Origin: a virus
Taxonomy: Duplodnaviria > Caudoviricetes
Direction: 5' to 3' (one strand)
Virus record (IMG/VR): IMGVR_UViG_2974749469_000001
Location: 3,528 to 67,527 of that record
DNA length: 64,000 nucleotides
This document shows positions 1 through 9,032 of this stretch, one piece after another (the stretch's first letter is position 1; every line of letters starts with the position of its first letter). Below the pieces are notes generated by a model that was not told the DNA's origin, searched no databases, and saw only the letters and a list, made by a program, of their open reading frames with translations. The translations under genes were made by a program, and so were the position numbers.

Positions 1-21
1 GCACGCGAGCGGACGGAAGGC

Positions 22-315
22 GTGCGGGGGATGAGCTACAAGACCAAGGTCACGTTCTACTGCGACGCCGTCGACTGCCAGGTGAACCAGACCTTCGTGC
101 TCGTCGGCATCGGCTACGGCGGGACCTGGCGGGCTCAGAAGGGCAACGGGGTCGTCGAGCCGGTCACGAAGATCCTCACGAAGGACATGGGGTGGACGAT
201 GGGGCTCGGCCGGTCCGGGGGCGAGATCTCCCGTCGGCCGGACTCGATCGGCACATTCTGCCCTCGACACGGCGGGCGAGAGTCGGTTTCGACTTCCGGG
301 TTGACACCAATATGA
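22..315 (+). CDS. hypothetical protein, possible Zn-binding (CDAVDC...FCPRH)
   Basis: ORF with phage-like codon usage; start may be ATG 31. Confidence 0.6.
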   Translation: MRGMSYKTKVTFYCDAVDCQVNQTFVLVGIGYGGTWRAQKGNGVVEPVTKILTKDMGWTMGLGRSGGEISRRPDSIGTFCPRHGGRESVSTSGLTPI

Positions 316-329
316 ACGTCACGTACCGT
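301..329 (+). promoter_or_regulatory. SigA-like promoter TTGACA-17-TACCGT; -35 lies within TTGACACCAA (operator variant)
   Basis: TTGACA 301-306, TACCGT 324-329, ATG at 337. Confidence 0.7.
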
Positions 330-336
330 AGGTGAC

Positions 337-558
337 ATGAAGGAAGACGTGAGAGACCTGGTCGGATCGACAGCCTCGATCGGGATGTCGCTGCTGATCA
401 CCTTCAGCGTCCTTCGCCTCACCGATGTCATCGACTGGTCCTGGGGATGGGTACTCGCCCCTCTCTGGGCACCAGCTGCGCTCTTCGGTGGGGCGATGGG
501 CCTGAGCCTGCTCGCGGTGCGGATCCGCACCGCGCTCACCCGGAAAGGACGACGATGA
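337..558 (+). CDS. small membrane protein
   Basis: Two hydrophobic stretches, DWSWGWVLAPLW motif common in phage membrane proteins. Confidence 0.75.
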   Translation: MKEDVRDLVGSTASIGMSLLITFSVLRLTDVIDWSWGWVLAPLWAPAALFGGAMGLSLLAVRIRTALTRKGRR

Positions 559-1196
559 CCGACGAGTTCAAGCGAGCGCAGTTCAGCATGGGCCGCCAAT
601 GCGGCAAGACTGAGCTGATTCGCCGCGCAGAAGAGATCGGCGACTTCGACGAGGCCGTCAAGGAGTTCGAGACGCTCGGCTACGTGCCGACACCGGCGAA
701 CCCGATGCTCCCCACCGACAACTACCCTCGTCGGGTCGACGAAGTGGCTGAGCAGCTCCGGCACGAGATCGAGGATCGACCCTGGGAGATCCCCGATGAC
801 CCTCACCCGAGCCGAGGGCACGCGAAGACCGTCGAGTACCTGAATCGGCAGGTCGCCGAGCGCGTGAACCGGGTGCGGCGAGAAGGTTATGCCGCTCAGG
901 CACCGGCTTTCGGGATCGAAATCGGCTCCGAGGCGCACCGGCACTTCGAGGAGGCGATGCAGAAGTTCGCTCGTGAGATGCTGCCGCCGTTCCGCGACTC
1001 GGTGCAAGGGCTCTTCCAGCAGGTCGAGACAACCTGGCGGTCGATGAAGCCGAGCTTGGAGCTGATCGCGAAGATCGAGCGCGAGATGCAGGGAAAGCCG
1101 GTCCACCCCAAGGACCTTCGCGATGATCGAGGGATCAAGCAGCCGTCCCCGGTGCCGCCGTTCTGGGCCGCGCGACCGAACGGCCGACGCCGATGA
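555..1196 (+). CDS. hypothetical protein
   Basis: ATG 555 after GGAAAGGA, overlaps previous stop (ATGA). Confidence 0.75.
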   Translation: MTDEFKRAQFSMGRQCGKTELIRRAEEIGDFDEAVKEFETLGYVPTPANPMLPTDNYPRRVDEVAEQLRHEIEDRPWEIPDDPHPSRGHAKTVEYLNRQVAERVNRVRREGYAAQAPAFGIEIGSEAHRHFEEAMQKFAREMLPPFRDSVQGLFQQVETTWRSMKPSLELIAKIEREMQGKPVHPKDLRDDRGIKQPSPVPPFWAARPNGRRR

Positions 1197-1447
1197 TGCA
1201 TGAACCTCTGCCGGGCTCGCGGAAGGCGATGAAGGACCGCGGCGCGAGCCTCGGCAACCGGGAGACTCGCAAGCTCATGCGCAAGCTCATCGCGGCCGGT
1301 GGCGAGATCCGGGCCTCGTCCGGAAAAGGTCACCCACGACTTTTCTACCGAGGCGCTTTCGTAGCCTCGATCTCCCTGTCCCCCTCGGACTCTCGTGCCG
1401 AGAAGAACGTGCTCGCCAAGGCTCGGCGAGCAGGAATGAGTATCTGA
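1193..1447 (+). CDS. HicA-like toxin (dsRBD-fold mRNA interferase)
   Basis: SGKGHPRL...SLSPSDSRAEKNVLAKARRAG resembles the HicA family pattern. Confidence 0.65.
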   Translation: MMHEPLPGSRKAMKDRGASLGNRETRKLMRKLIAAGGEIRASSGKGHPRLFYRGAFVASISLSPSDSRAEKNVLAKARRAGMSI

Positions 1448-2106
1448 TGACGGAATACACCACTGACCAGGTCATCGAGCTGGTCGGAGGGCTCGACAAG
1501 ATCCCGCCGATGCGGGGTCTGGCCGCCGCGTGGTGGATCACCACGAGCCAGAAACAGCTCGACCACTGGGCTCGCTACAGCGCGCGCCGCCAGGAGTGGT
1601 ACGACCGCTGCCAGGCGCTCCTGGACCGGATGGGGCTCGATCAGGGGGTGATGGTGTCCTCGTTCGGCAAACGAACCGACGTCGTCGGCATCCAGCCGAC
1701 CCAGGAGATGCGCACGGCCGATTGGCGCGGCACCCCGGGAGTTATCCCCGAGGGCTGGAGGATCGATTCGAAGAAGGGCTACCTGCTCCCGAAGCGCCGA
1801 ACCAAGGCCGACCGAGAGAGCCAGGCCAACAAGGACTTTCATGCGATCCAGCGGGTCCCGGACTCCGGTGCCTTCGTCGAAGGCCTGCCCGAGATCATCT
1901 CGATCGACGACCGCGCCGACGGTGGCGGTCACTGGTACGGCTTCGACATCCGGGCCGGGGAGAAGTGTCTGATGGCGTTCTGTGGCGGCGACCCGGACCG
2001 ATCCAGCGAGCAGCGCAAGCCCCACATCGCGCCGTGGTGGGAGCGCCAGAAGATCTCCGTGCTCGCCGAGCTGCGCGAGCGCAAAGAGGCAGGGGGTAGT
2101 CAGTGA
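1447..2106 (+). CDS. hypothetical protein
   Basis: Coupled ORF, 219 aa. Confidence 0.75.
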   Translation: MTEYTTDQVIELVGGLDKIPPMRGLAAAWWITTSQKQLDHWARYSARRQEWYDRCQALLDRMGLDQGVMVSSFGKRTDVVGIQPTQEMRTADWRGTPGVIPEGWRIDSKKGYLLPKRRTKADRESQANKDFHAIQRVPDSGAFVEGLPEIISIDDRADGGGHWYGFDIRAGEKCLMAFCGGDPDRSSEQRKPHIAPWWERQKISVLAELRERKEAGGSQ

Positions 2107-2531
2107 GCGACACCGCGCTGAAGGTGGCCGTCGGCGACGTCCTGAAGGTCCGACGGCGCATCCGGGACCACGACGCAGAGGAGGCCGAGAAGAGGCGTAC
2201 CGGCCGACCGTTCGGCTCGAAGCTGTACACCTGGGACTACACCGAGGTCACGGTGACCAAGGTCGGCCGGGTGTACCTCTACGCCGAGAAGGAGAACGAG
2301 TGGGGAGGGGTGTGGGAGCGCAAGTTCCGGATCGACAACGGTTACGAGGTCGGCAACGCGCTGGACTGCCAGGCCTTCACCCCGGAGTCGCTCGCGGCAC
2401 ACCAACGGCGGGAGAGGGCATCGAGTCAGCTCAACGATCTGACGCGCGACTACTCCTGGCAGAGCAAACTGTCGACCACCGCGATGGAAGGCATCGTCGC
2501 GATCCTGCAAGCCGAGGAGGCCATCCGGTGA
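2103..2531 (+). CDS. hypothetical protein
   Basis: GTGA overlap with previous gene. Confidence 0.75.
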   Translation: MSDTALKVAVGDVLKVRRRIRDHDAEEAEKRRTGRPFGSKLYTWDYTEVTVTKVGRVYLYAEKENEWGGVWERKFRIDNGYEVGNALDCQAFTPESLAAHQRRERASSQLNDLTRDYSWQSKLSTTAMEGIVAILQAEEAIR

Positions 2532-2878
2532 GCGAAGCCGAGTATCGAAGCCTGGGACCGCGCGACGCGATGCGCGCGCTGCTCCAGCAGTGCCAGACCC
2601 AGAACGGGCCACTGCGCGACAACGACTCGCTGATCGACAACTTCATGGCGCAGTGGGTCGTGATGTCGAAGATCGACTACGACGTCGACAACGCTCGCCA
2701 GGCCGAGTGGCAGATGGAGGCGAAGCGCGCGTTCGCAGTCATGCTCCAGGCGATCAAGGCCGTCGGCGGAGACGAGTTCGGCGAAACACTCGGCCAGAGG
2801 GTGCTCGACGAAGCCGCCCGGATCTACGAGTTTCATGGTCTCAGCGCCGAGGACGAGTTCGAGAGGTTCATGCCGTGA
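2528..2878 (+). CDS. hypothetical protein
   Basis: GTG 2528, GTGA overlap; MSEAEYRSLG... Confidence 0.7.
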   Translation: MSEAEYRSLGPRDAMRALLQQCQTQNGPLRDNDSLIDNFMAQWVVMSKIDYDVDNARQAEWQMEAKRAFAVMLQAIKAVGGDEFGETLGQRVLDEAARIYEFHGLSAEDEFERFMP

Positions 2879-3207
2879 AGCGATTGCTGGCGCCGTTCGC
2901 AGGCCTACGATTTCGCCGGGAGTACGCGGTGGAGTGGCTGCACTGGGGACCGGATCCGGTGCGGCTGGGAACGACGAAGCTCCTGACCACCCAGTCTGAG
3001 CCGACGCGAACGTATGAGGTCGCGAAGTCGGCGGCCGAGTGGCTCAACGACAGCGCCACGATCGTCTGGGCTCGCGTCGTCGAGCGCACAGTGCGGGAGG
3101 AACGGCCGCACTGGTGGCATCCATGGCGCACGACCGGCGAAACGCGCTGGTACGAACTGGCACTCGGAGGATCGGCCGAGAAGCCGATCTTCCAGATGGA
3201 GGACTAA
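2875..3207 (+). CDS. hypothetical protein (Trp-rich)
   Basis: GTG 2875, GTGA overlap. Confidence 0.7.
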   Translation: MKRLLAPFAGLRFRREYAVEWLHWGPDPVRLGTTKLLTTQSEPTRTYEVAKSAAEWLNDSATIVWARVVERTVREERPHWWHPWRTTGETRWYELALGGSAEKPIFQMED

Positions 3208-3401
3208 TGGCGAACAAGGCGACAATGACCACGTCGAAGTCGATCTCGTTCGGGACCGGCGACGTGCCGGACCTCGCGGACGCGCTGAGCGAGTTCACCT
3301 CGGGGTCCTACGGCGCGGTGAACGTGCATGTCAGTCGGGCAGAGCACGATCGGATGCCCGGCAGCTTCGACACCACGGTCACGCTGACGATCACGGAGTA
3401 G
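3207..3401 (+). CDS. small hypothetical protein
   Basis: TAATG overlap, GGAGG RBS. Confidence 0.7.
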   Translation: MANKATMTTSKSISFGTGDVPDLADALSEFTSGSYGAVNVHVSRAEHDRMPGSFDTTVTLTITE

Positions 3402-3402
3402 T

Positions 3403-3431
3403 TTGACCGGGTTGACGTCAAACCCTACAAT
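3403..3431 (+). promoter_or_regulatory. SigA-like promoter TTGACC-17-TACAAT with TTGACGTCAA (3412-3421) in the spacer
   Basis: Read directly; intergenic, followed by GAGGAGG and ATG 3457. Confidence 0.8.
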
Positions 3432-3456
3432 CAACTGACCTGCACGAGGAGGACAC

Positions 3457-3900
3457 ATGCCCATCGATGAGCACGGCAAGATCACCGGCGTCTTCGGGAT
3501 CGCCGTCGAGACCGACGATCCGGAGACCAGGGCGACCATGAGCCCGACCCAGGCTCGCGGCGTCGCTGCGCAACTGGTGAACATGGCCAACGAGGCCGAG
3601 GGGAAGCCGAACTACCGGGTCGCGCTGAAGAATCGCTGGAAGCCCGGGGGCGCCCGCGACAGCGAGAATCGGCTCATCGGGTTCGGTCTCGGCGCGGCGC
3701 TGCTGTCGGCGGTCAACGCCATCAGTGAGGGTGACCCGGTCTACTGGGTCCTGTTCTCCCTGATGACGGCGGCGTCCGGGGTGCTCTACTGGATGCGCCG
3801 GGACGGCGACGCGAAGGACCTCAACGACGAGTTCCGCGAGAAGGTTCATGGCACCACGATCGACCAGTCCAGCGGCGTCCTGCCGTGGGACGTGCGATGA
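3457..3900 (+). CDS. membrane protein
   Basis: Two C-terminal hydrophobic helices. Confidence 0.75.
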   Translation: MPIDEHGKITGVFGIAVETDDPETRATMSPTQARGVAAQLVNMANEAEGKPNYRVALKNRWKPGGARDSENRLIGFGLGAALLSAVNAISEGDPVYWVLFSLMTAASGVLYWMRRDGDAKDLNDEFREKVHGTTIDQSSGVLPWDVR

Positions 3901-4127
3901 GCTGGGCTGAGCGCAAGGCGCGCTGGACGTCGGGTCACACCACTCCGGTCGAGATCAGGGTGCTCGACTTTTTCCTGGTCATCTACAAGATGGCATCGAG
4001 GGGGCCCGGCCGATCCCTGAAGCGATGGTCGGTGCGCCGGAACATCGTCGATGGAAAGACGATCGGTTTCGCGGTCGTCATTGTCCCGAGGTCGTGGTGC
4101 CTGTCAGTGGGGAGGCACACGCTGTGA
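3897..4127 (+). CDS. hypothetical protein
   Basis: ATGA overlap. Confidence 0.65.
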   Translation: MSWAERKARWTSGHTTPVEIRVLDFFLVIYKMASRGPGRSLKRWSVRRNIVDGKTIGFAVVIVPRSWCLSVGRHTL

Positions 4128-4429
4128 CCATCGTCGTCGGCCACCGGCCCGGCACAGCACAGGGAGGGAAGTTCGCACCTCGGGCAACGCTCGTCGGGTG
4201 TGACTTCCCCTTGTGCGACAAGGCGATCCACTTCCCGGTGAACCTCCAGTCGAGCAAGTACCAGTGCATCCGGGACACCATCCGGTTCATGGAGGCGCAC
4301 GACCGGCAGGCGACAATCGCGGGCTGGACCGTCGACACCACTGTGGATCCGGCCAAGTTCTTCTGCTCCGCACACGCCGACAAACCCAAGCTCGGCACCG
4401 TGATCCTGCAACCGAAACGAGACACATGA
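4124..4429 (+). CDS. hypothetical Cys/His protein (CDFPLC...FCSAH)
   Basis: GTGA overlap; motif spacing like ORF 22-315. Confidence 0.65.
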   Translation: MTIVVGHRPGTAQGGKFAPRATLVGCDFPLCDKAIHFPVNLQSSKYQCIRDTIRFMEAHDRQATIAGWTVDTTVDPAKFFCSAHADKPKLGTVILQPKRDT

Positions 4430-4800
4430 GCGAGATCGATTTACCCGAACTGACCACCGAGAACTACCTCGAAGCCGCGGACCTGATGCTGAGAATTCAG
4501 GAGAAGAAGAAGGCCGGGAAGAAGCTCTCGAAGAAGGACCGCGCGATCATGACCTACGCCGCGTTGATGACGGCGTCGGATCGGTCGGCCGACATGTACC
4601 GGCAGCTCTACAAGAACATGCTGGACGAGATCGGTGAGCCGATGTCACTCGAAGCGTCGCAGAAAGCCCGGTCGTTCGAGACGATGCTGACCAACGGCGT
4701 CCGAGCGGCCGAGAGCGGACTGGAGGTCGGCGAGCCGTTGGCGCTGCGCTCGATCCTCACCGACTTCCGCGAGATCTACTCGACGGACCTGATCCGATGA
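4426..4800 (+). CDS. hypothetical protein
   Basis: ATGA overlap. Confidence 0.7.
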   Translation: MSEIDLPELTTENYLEAADLMLRIQEKKKAGKKLSKKDRAIMTYAALMTASDRSADMYRQLYKNMLDEIGEPMSLEASQKARSFETMLTNGVRAAESGLEVGEPLALRSILTDFREIYSTDLIR

Positions 4801-4895
4801 GCTGGGATCTCGTGTTCCAGATCGGCCTACTGATCCTGATCGCGGACTTCTCCGTGCTTCTGATCGCGGGCATCGTGAAGGCCTTCCGCCGGTGA
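4797..4895 (+). CDS. 32-aa single-pass membrane peptide (MSWDLVFQIGLLILIADFSVLLIAGIVKAFRR)
   Basis: Hand-translated, fills the gap with ATGA/GTGA overlaps; absent from the ORF track. Confidence 0.65.
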   Translation: MSWDLVFQIGLLILIADFSVLLIAGIVKAFRR

Positions 4896-5155
4896 GCGCC
4901 GACAAGCGGGTCGCCGAGCTGAAGGTGCTCAAACGCATCGACGCCGACCGGGTCGGCCGGGTGCTGAAGCAGACCGAGGCCTCGATGCTCGACATGAGCC
5001 AGGCCGAGGTCCAGGCCGTCATCGCACAGGCCGAAGCGGACATGACCCGCTGCTACGAGGCCTCGGCGACCCTGCGTGAGGTCGGCGGTCAGCTCTCCGA
5101 CGTGATGATCACGGCGATGGGAGTCGCGAGCGACAGGGGCTTCCGGATCAAGTGA
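4892..5155 (+). CDS. hypothetical protein
   Basis: GTGA overlap. Confidence 0.7.
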   Translation: MSADKRVAELKVLKRIDADRVGRVLKQTEASMLDMSQAEVQAVIAQAEADMTRCYEASATLREVGGQLSDVMITAMGVASDRGFRIK

Positions 5156-5514
5156 GCATGATGGAACGGCTCGTCGCCGCGGTCGGCGCCTGGCTGGTGC
5201 TGGCGGCCGCGGTGAACGGAGCCGAGCACGACTGGCTCTCATCGGCGGTGTGCCTGTTCTGGGCCACCGCGTGTCTGGTCAGTGTCTTCGGACTCGCATC
5301 AGACCGGCGGGCCCGACGAGCCCAACGAGAACACCGCGCGCTGCTGGCCGCGGTCGAACGACAGCAATCAATCGAGGCCCGCTCCGCGGAATGGGTCCGC
5401 AACGAGGAGGGGATCTATGTCAGACTCGGGGATGACGCCGGAGCAGGTCAAGGAAGCGGCGACGGACACCATCCGCAACGCGATGAATGCGGAGACCAAG
5501 ACCAGGTTCGGTGA
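5152..5514 (+). CDS. membrane protein
   Basis: Two N-terminal TM segments then coiled coil. Confidence 0.65.
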   Translation: MSMMERLVAAVGAWLVLAAAVNGAEHDWLSSAVCLFWATACLVSVFGLASDRRARRAQREHRALLAAVERQQSIEARSAEWVRNEEGIYVRLGDDAGAGQGSGDGHHPQRDECGDQDQVR

Positions 5515-5707
5515 GGACTTCTCCGTGCGCCACGGCATCGTCATCGCTCTCGTGGAGAGACCTCGCGGGGACTTGGAGAAGCCGAACGCCGAGCGGGTGT
5601 CGCTGATGGTCAAGAACCTCGACGCCGTCCACCCGAGCATCGCAGTGAACATGCTGAAGGAGGCCACGGCGATCTTCCAGGCCGAGGCCGCGAAGAGAGG
5701 GAACTGA
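5417..5707 (+). CDS. hypothetical protein
   Basis: GAGGAGGGG RBS before ATG 5417; overlaps the previous gene by about 98 nt. Confidence 0.7.
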   Translation: MSDSGMTPEQVKEAATDTIRNAMNAETKTRFGEDFSVRHGIVIALVERPRGDLEKPNAERVSLMVKNLDAVHPSIAVNMLKEATAIFQAEAAKRGN

Positions 5708-6477
5708 TGGCACAGAAGAAGATCGTGCTCCGGTCGCTCCGGGGCACCGGAGAGCCGTTCCAGGGATCGATAGACGTCCTCGGGGCACAGCCGGGCATCC
5801 ACAACCTGCCGAATATGCTGGACGACATCACGCGGGCCTGTGCCGCGGTCGACGTCGCGCACTATCCGGTGCCGTACTACGCCTCGATCGCACCGGCCGG
5901 TGGGACGAAGATGTTCCACGAGAGCTACGCCGACGGTTACCGGCGGGCACAGCTCGCCGATGCGCAGGGTCTGCCCTCGATCTGGATCGGTTACAGCCTC
6001 GGCGCGGGCATCCTCGGGGACCTGCTGGCGGCCGGAGACCTGCCGAACTGCATCGGGGCGATCCTGCTCTCCGACTACGAGCGGCACTCGAAGCAGATCG
6101 ACCCGGCGTGCAAGGTCAACGCGGCGCACTACGGCTGCGTGGACCGGCGCTTCATCACCACTTCGGCTCAGGTGGTGCAGCTTTCGGCGCCCGACGACCC
6201 GATCTCAGCGCTCCCGGCCACCAACGGGTTTCGGCTGCTCGCTCAGGCCGTCACCGGCATCCGGCAGCCATGGAACGTCGGTTTCCTCGACCTGTCGGCG
6301 ACGCTTGACGCTGTCCGGCGCTACCTCGGCACCCCGCCGATCGGCAACGCACCCGCGCGAGCGAGCACCCACGTCGGCTACAACCGGGTCCGGATGCCCG
6401 GGTCGACGAAGACCTACACCCAGTACGGCGCCGAGCACGCCGTACGCATGATCGAGGAGTACCGCGCCGCCGCGTGA
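5707..6477 (+). CDS. lysB: lysin B-like alpha/beta hydrolase (cutinase-like esterase)
   Basis: Nucleophile elbow GYSLGA, acid in APDDPIS, His in STHVGY. Confidence 0.75.
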   Translation: MAQKKIVLRSLRGTGEPFQGSIDVLGAQPGIHNLPNMLDDITRACAAVDVAHYPVPYYASIAPAGGTKMFHESYADGYRRAQLADAQGLPSIWIGYSLGAGILGDLLAAGDLPNCIGAILLSDYERHSKQIDPACKVNAAHYGCVDRRFITTSAQVVQLSAPDDPISALPATNGFRLLAQAVTGIRQPWNVGFLDLSATLDAVRRYLGTPPIGNAPARASTHVGYNRVRMPGSTKTYTQYGAEHAVRMIEEYRAAA

Positions 6478-6526
6478 TACGCTGACGCCGTCTCAACTCG
6501 TGCAGGGAGCGGGACAGCCACAGCAG

Positions 6527-6559
6527 CGAAACCCCCGGCTCACAAGGCTGGGGGTTTCG
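6527..6559 (+). terminator. 13-bp stem-loop, probable intrinsic terminator
   Basis: CGAAACCCCCGGC / GCTGGGGGTTTCG with one G-U pair, followed by TCTTGT. Confidence 0.75.
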
Positions 6560-6584
6560 TCTTGTCCCAGGGTACGATCGCGCC

Positions 6585-6836
6585 ATGTCGTCCTCGTCGA
6601 GTCGTGCCAAGGGGAAGGCCTCCGACGGCGCGCAACTGAAGGCCTACTGGCTCACCGGCAAGGGTGGGGCGAAGATCCGCTGGAACACCCCGGGGGACTT
6701 CACCAGATGCGTCCGGCTGGTCCGGAAGTACGCGGCCAAGGAGGGCTTCTCCGCAGAGGGGTACTGTTCGCGACTGCACAAGGCGGCCACCGGCGTCTAC
6801 CCCGGTGACAAGCGCAACGTGGGGAAGAAGGGCTGA
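6585..6836 (+). CDS. small basic conserved phage protein (YW..GKGGAKIRWNTPGDFTRC...YC..LH)
   Basis: Motif I recall from actinophage head-associated proteins; function unknown. Confidence 0.75.
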   Translation: MSSSSSRAKGKASDGAQLKAYWLTGKGGAKIRWNTPGDFTRCVRLVRKYAAKEGFSAEGYCSRLHKAATGVYPGDKRNVGKKG

Positions 6837-9025
6837 TGGCGACCAACTTCGGGACGCTCTTTCCGACGAAATCGCACGCCGAGTGGGAGAAGCTCAATCC
6901 TCTGCTCCTTGACGGCCAGGGGGCCTACGAGCGCGACACCGGCGCGCTGAAGATCGGCGACGGGTCGACGCTCTACAACGACCTGGCCTACTTCATCGGG
7001 TCCCGGTCGGAGGTGAGTCCCGAGCAGGTCACCGATGCGATCGAAGCGATGGACCTGCTGACCGCGGCAGCCGCCGATCTTGCGTACGTCGGCACGGTGA
7101 ACGCGCCGAAAGACGGATCTACGCCAGCCCTGGCGGCATTCCAGGCGGCGGTCAACGGGGCCAACGGACGGCCTCTGTTCGTTCCTCCTGGGGACTACCT
7201 GTTCAACGACTCCCTCACTGGCCGAGCGAATCTCACCTTCGCCCCCGGTGCCCGGGTTCTGCAATCAGTCAACAAGCCTGCGTTCGAGCTGACCGGCACC
7301 GGCTCGCAGGGTCAGCAGTCGCGAGGGCTGCAATCGACGGCGGCTGCCGGTCAGAACATCCTCAACTGCAACACCGTCGGCCTGGTCGTCGGAGATTGGA
7401 TTCTCATCAGGTCGGCCGAGGTGTTCCCAAACAGCGTGGCGGGGAGCAAGATCGGAGAGCTGCATCGAGTCCGTCAGATCGACGGCACGACTCAGCTCCG
7501 CACGGTGAGCAACCTCGATTACTCCTATGCCCCTACGACGACCTCGGTCGTGAAGTTCGGGATGATGCAGGGGGTTCGGCTGCTCGGCGCCGGGGAGTTC
7601 ATTAACACCCTGGGCGAGAACATGAAGGTCCCGATGCTGCGGTTCACCGCGTGCGCGGACCTCGCCGTCGATGCCTCGGTGATCGGGGCCGGGGGTCCGG
7701 CCGTCACCGTCTCGGCCGACACGCTCTTCACGGTCCGCGCTCGCGTGCGCGACTCCTTCAACAACGAGAGCAACGGCAACTTCGGCTACGGCGTCGAGGC
7801 CTTCGGCGCCTCGTGCCACGGAGACGTCCACGTCGACATGGTCGGTGGCCGTCACGCCTTCACCACGACCTCCGGCGCGACAACCGCGTCTGTGCCGAGA
7901 CACATCAACGTGACCGGCACAGCCGAAGGCCTGACCAACACCGCGTGGGACTCTCACGAGGAGGGTGAGTTCATCCACTTCCAGGGGGTGAAGGCTTTCG
8001 GCTGCCGTAATGGAGCGATCAAGCACCGCGCGCCGCGCAGCACCATCACCGATCCGATCGTGAGGAACTGCCTCGGCATCGGGGTGCGGTTCGCGCCGTC
8101 GGCCAACGGCGGAGCCCTGCACGGCGGGGACATGCGTGAGATTCGCTACCTTTCCGAGGGATCGCCTGGCGTCGGTGTCCAGATCGAGGCACCTGGCGTC
8201 ACGATCAGCGGAGACCCTCGCATCGAGTGCGACGACCAGACCGTTTTGGTGCTCTCTGGAGGCGGAACTTCGCGCATACGGTCCGGGACCCTGCTGCCCG
8301 GGGCCCGAGGGAACGCGGACACCCGCGTCGGCATCGAGTATCAGGGCACCTCGACGAACCACCGCGTTGACCGTGCGGTGTCGATCGAGTCCCCGGCTCT
8401 TGTCGGGATCAAGGCCGCACCAACCGTCACCGATGTGCGAGTGGCTTCGATCCGGTACGAAGGGGTTGCGACTCGGACCTCCGGAGACATCCACCTCGTG
8501 ACCGAACCCCTACGGCGGAAAATCGCGAACGTTCCCGGGAACGGCGCCACCCGATCCTCGCTGACCAACCCAACGAGCGGGCGAGCCTACATCACCCCAC
8601 TGACGATCGATGACGACGAGCCGTGGACTGCGCTGGTACCGGCAATCTCGATCGCGACCGCCGCGGCGGCCGGAGACACCGTCGAGGTCGCCATCTTCGA
8701 CACTGCGCGCAATCGGATCGCGACCACTGGCAAGCAGGCCGTCCTCGACACCACAGGGGTCAAGACGCTCCCGGCGATTGCCTTCACGCCGATTCTAGGA
8801 CGCCGGTACCTGGCCGTTATTCAGTTTGTGACCTCGGTAGCTACCCTGGTCGTTCACGCCGGAAGCTACGCCAACACCGCCGGAGCCGCGCTCGCGGGGA
8901 GCACCGACGACACCTATGACGGAGCCTACGTCGCTGTCGCAAACCCTCTCCCTGCGCAGTTGACCAACGCGCCGATCGTCGGGGCGATCTCGGTCTTCCC
9001 GTGGGTCCAGTTCACCGCGGTATGA
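6836..9025 (+). CDS. tailspike/depolymerase-like protein: Mtd_N-like N-terminus plus pectate-lyase-like beta-helix
   Basis: W..LNPLLLDGQGAYERDTGALKIGDG...YNDLAY; AFQAAVN...LFVPPGDYL. Confidence 0.75.
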   Translation: MATNFGTLFPTKSHAEWEKLNPLLLDGQGAYERDTGALKIGDGSTLYNDLAYFIGSRSEVSPEQVTDAIEAMDLLTAAAADLAYVGTVNAPKDGSTPALAAFQAAVNGANGRPLFVPPGDYLFNDSLTGRANLTFAPGARVLQSVNKPAFELTGTGSQGQQSRGLQSTAAAGQNILNCNTVGLVVGDWILIRSAEVFPNSVAGSKIGELHRVRQIDGTTQLRTVSNLDYSYAPTTTSVVKFGMMQGVRLLGAGEFINTLGENMKVPMLRFTACADLAVDASVIGAGGPAVTVSADTLFTVRARVRDSFNNESNGNFGYGVEAFGASCHGDVHVDMVGGRHAFTTTSGATTASVPRHINVTGTAEGLTNTAWDSHEEGEFIHFQGVKAFGCRNGAIKHRAPRSTITDPIVRNCLGIGVRFAPSANGGALHGGDMREIRYLSEGSPGVGVQIEAPGVTISGDPRIECDDQTVLVLSGGGTSRIRSGTLLPGARGNADTRVGIEYQGTSTNHRVDRAVSIESPALVGIKAAPTVTDVRVASIRYEGVATRTSGDIHLVTEPLRRKIANVPGNGATRSSLTNPTSGRAYITPLTIDDDEPWTALVPAISIATAAAAGDTVEVAIFDTARNRIATTGKQAVLDTTGVKTLPAIAFTPILGRRYLAVIQFVTSVATLVVHAGSYANTAGAALAGSTDDTYDGAYVAVANPLPAQLTNAPIVGAISVFPWVQFTAV

Positions 9026-9032
9026 TCCCGGC

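Noticed and set aside
555-650. MGRQCGKT terminase-like Walker A
   Set aside because: No Walker B or ATPase body follows; isolated short motif
3412-3421. TGACGTCA core equals the eukaryotic cAMP response element
   Set aside because: Coincidental; there is no bZIP gene and the host is a bacterium
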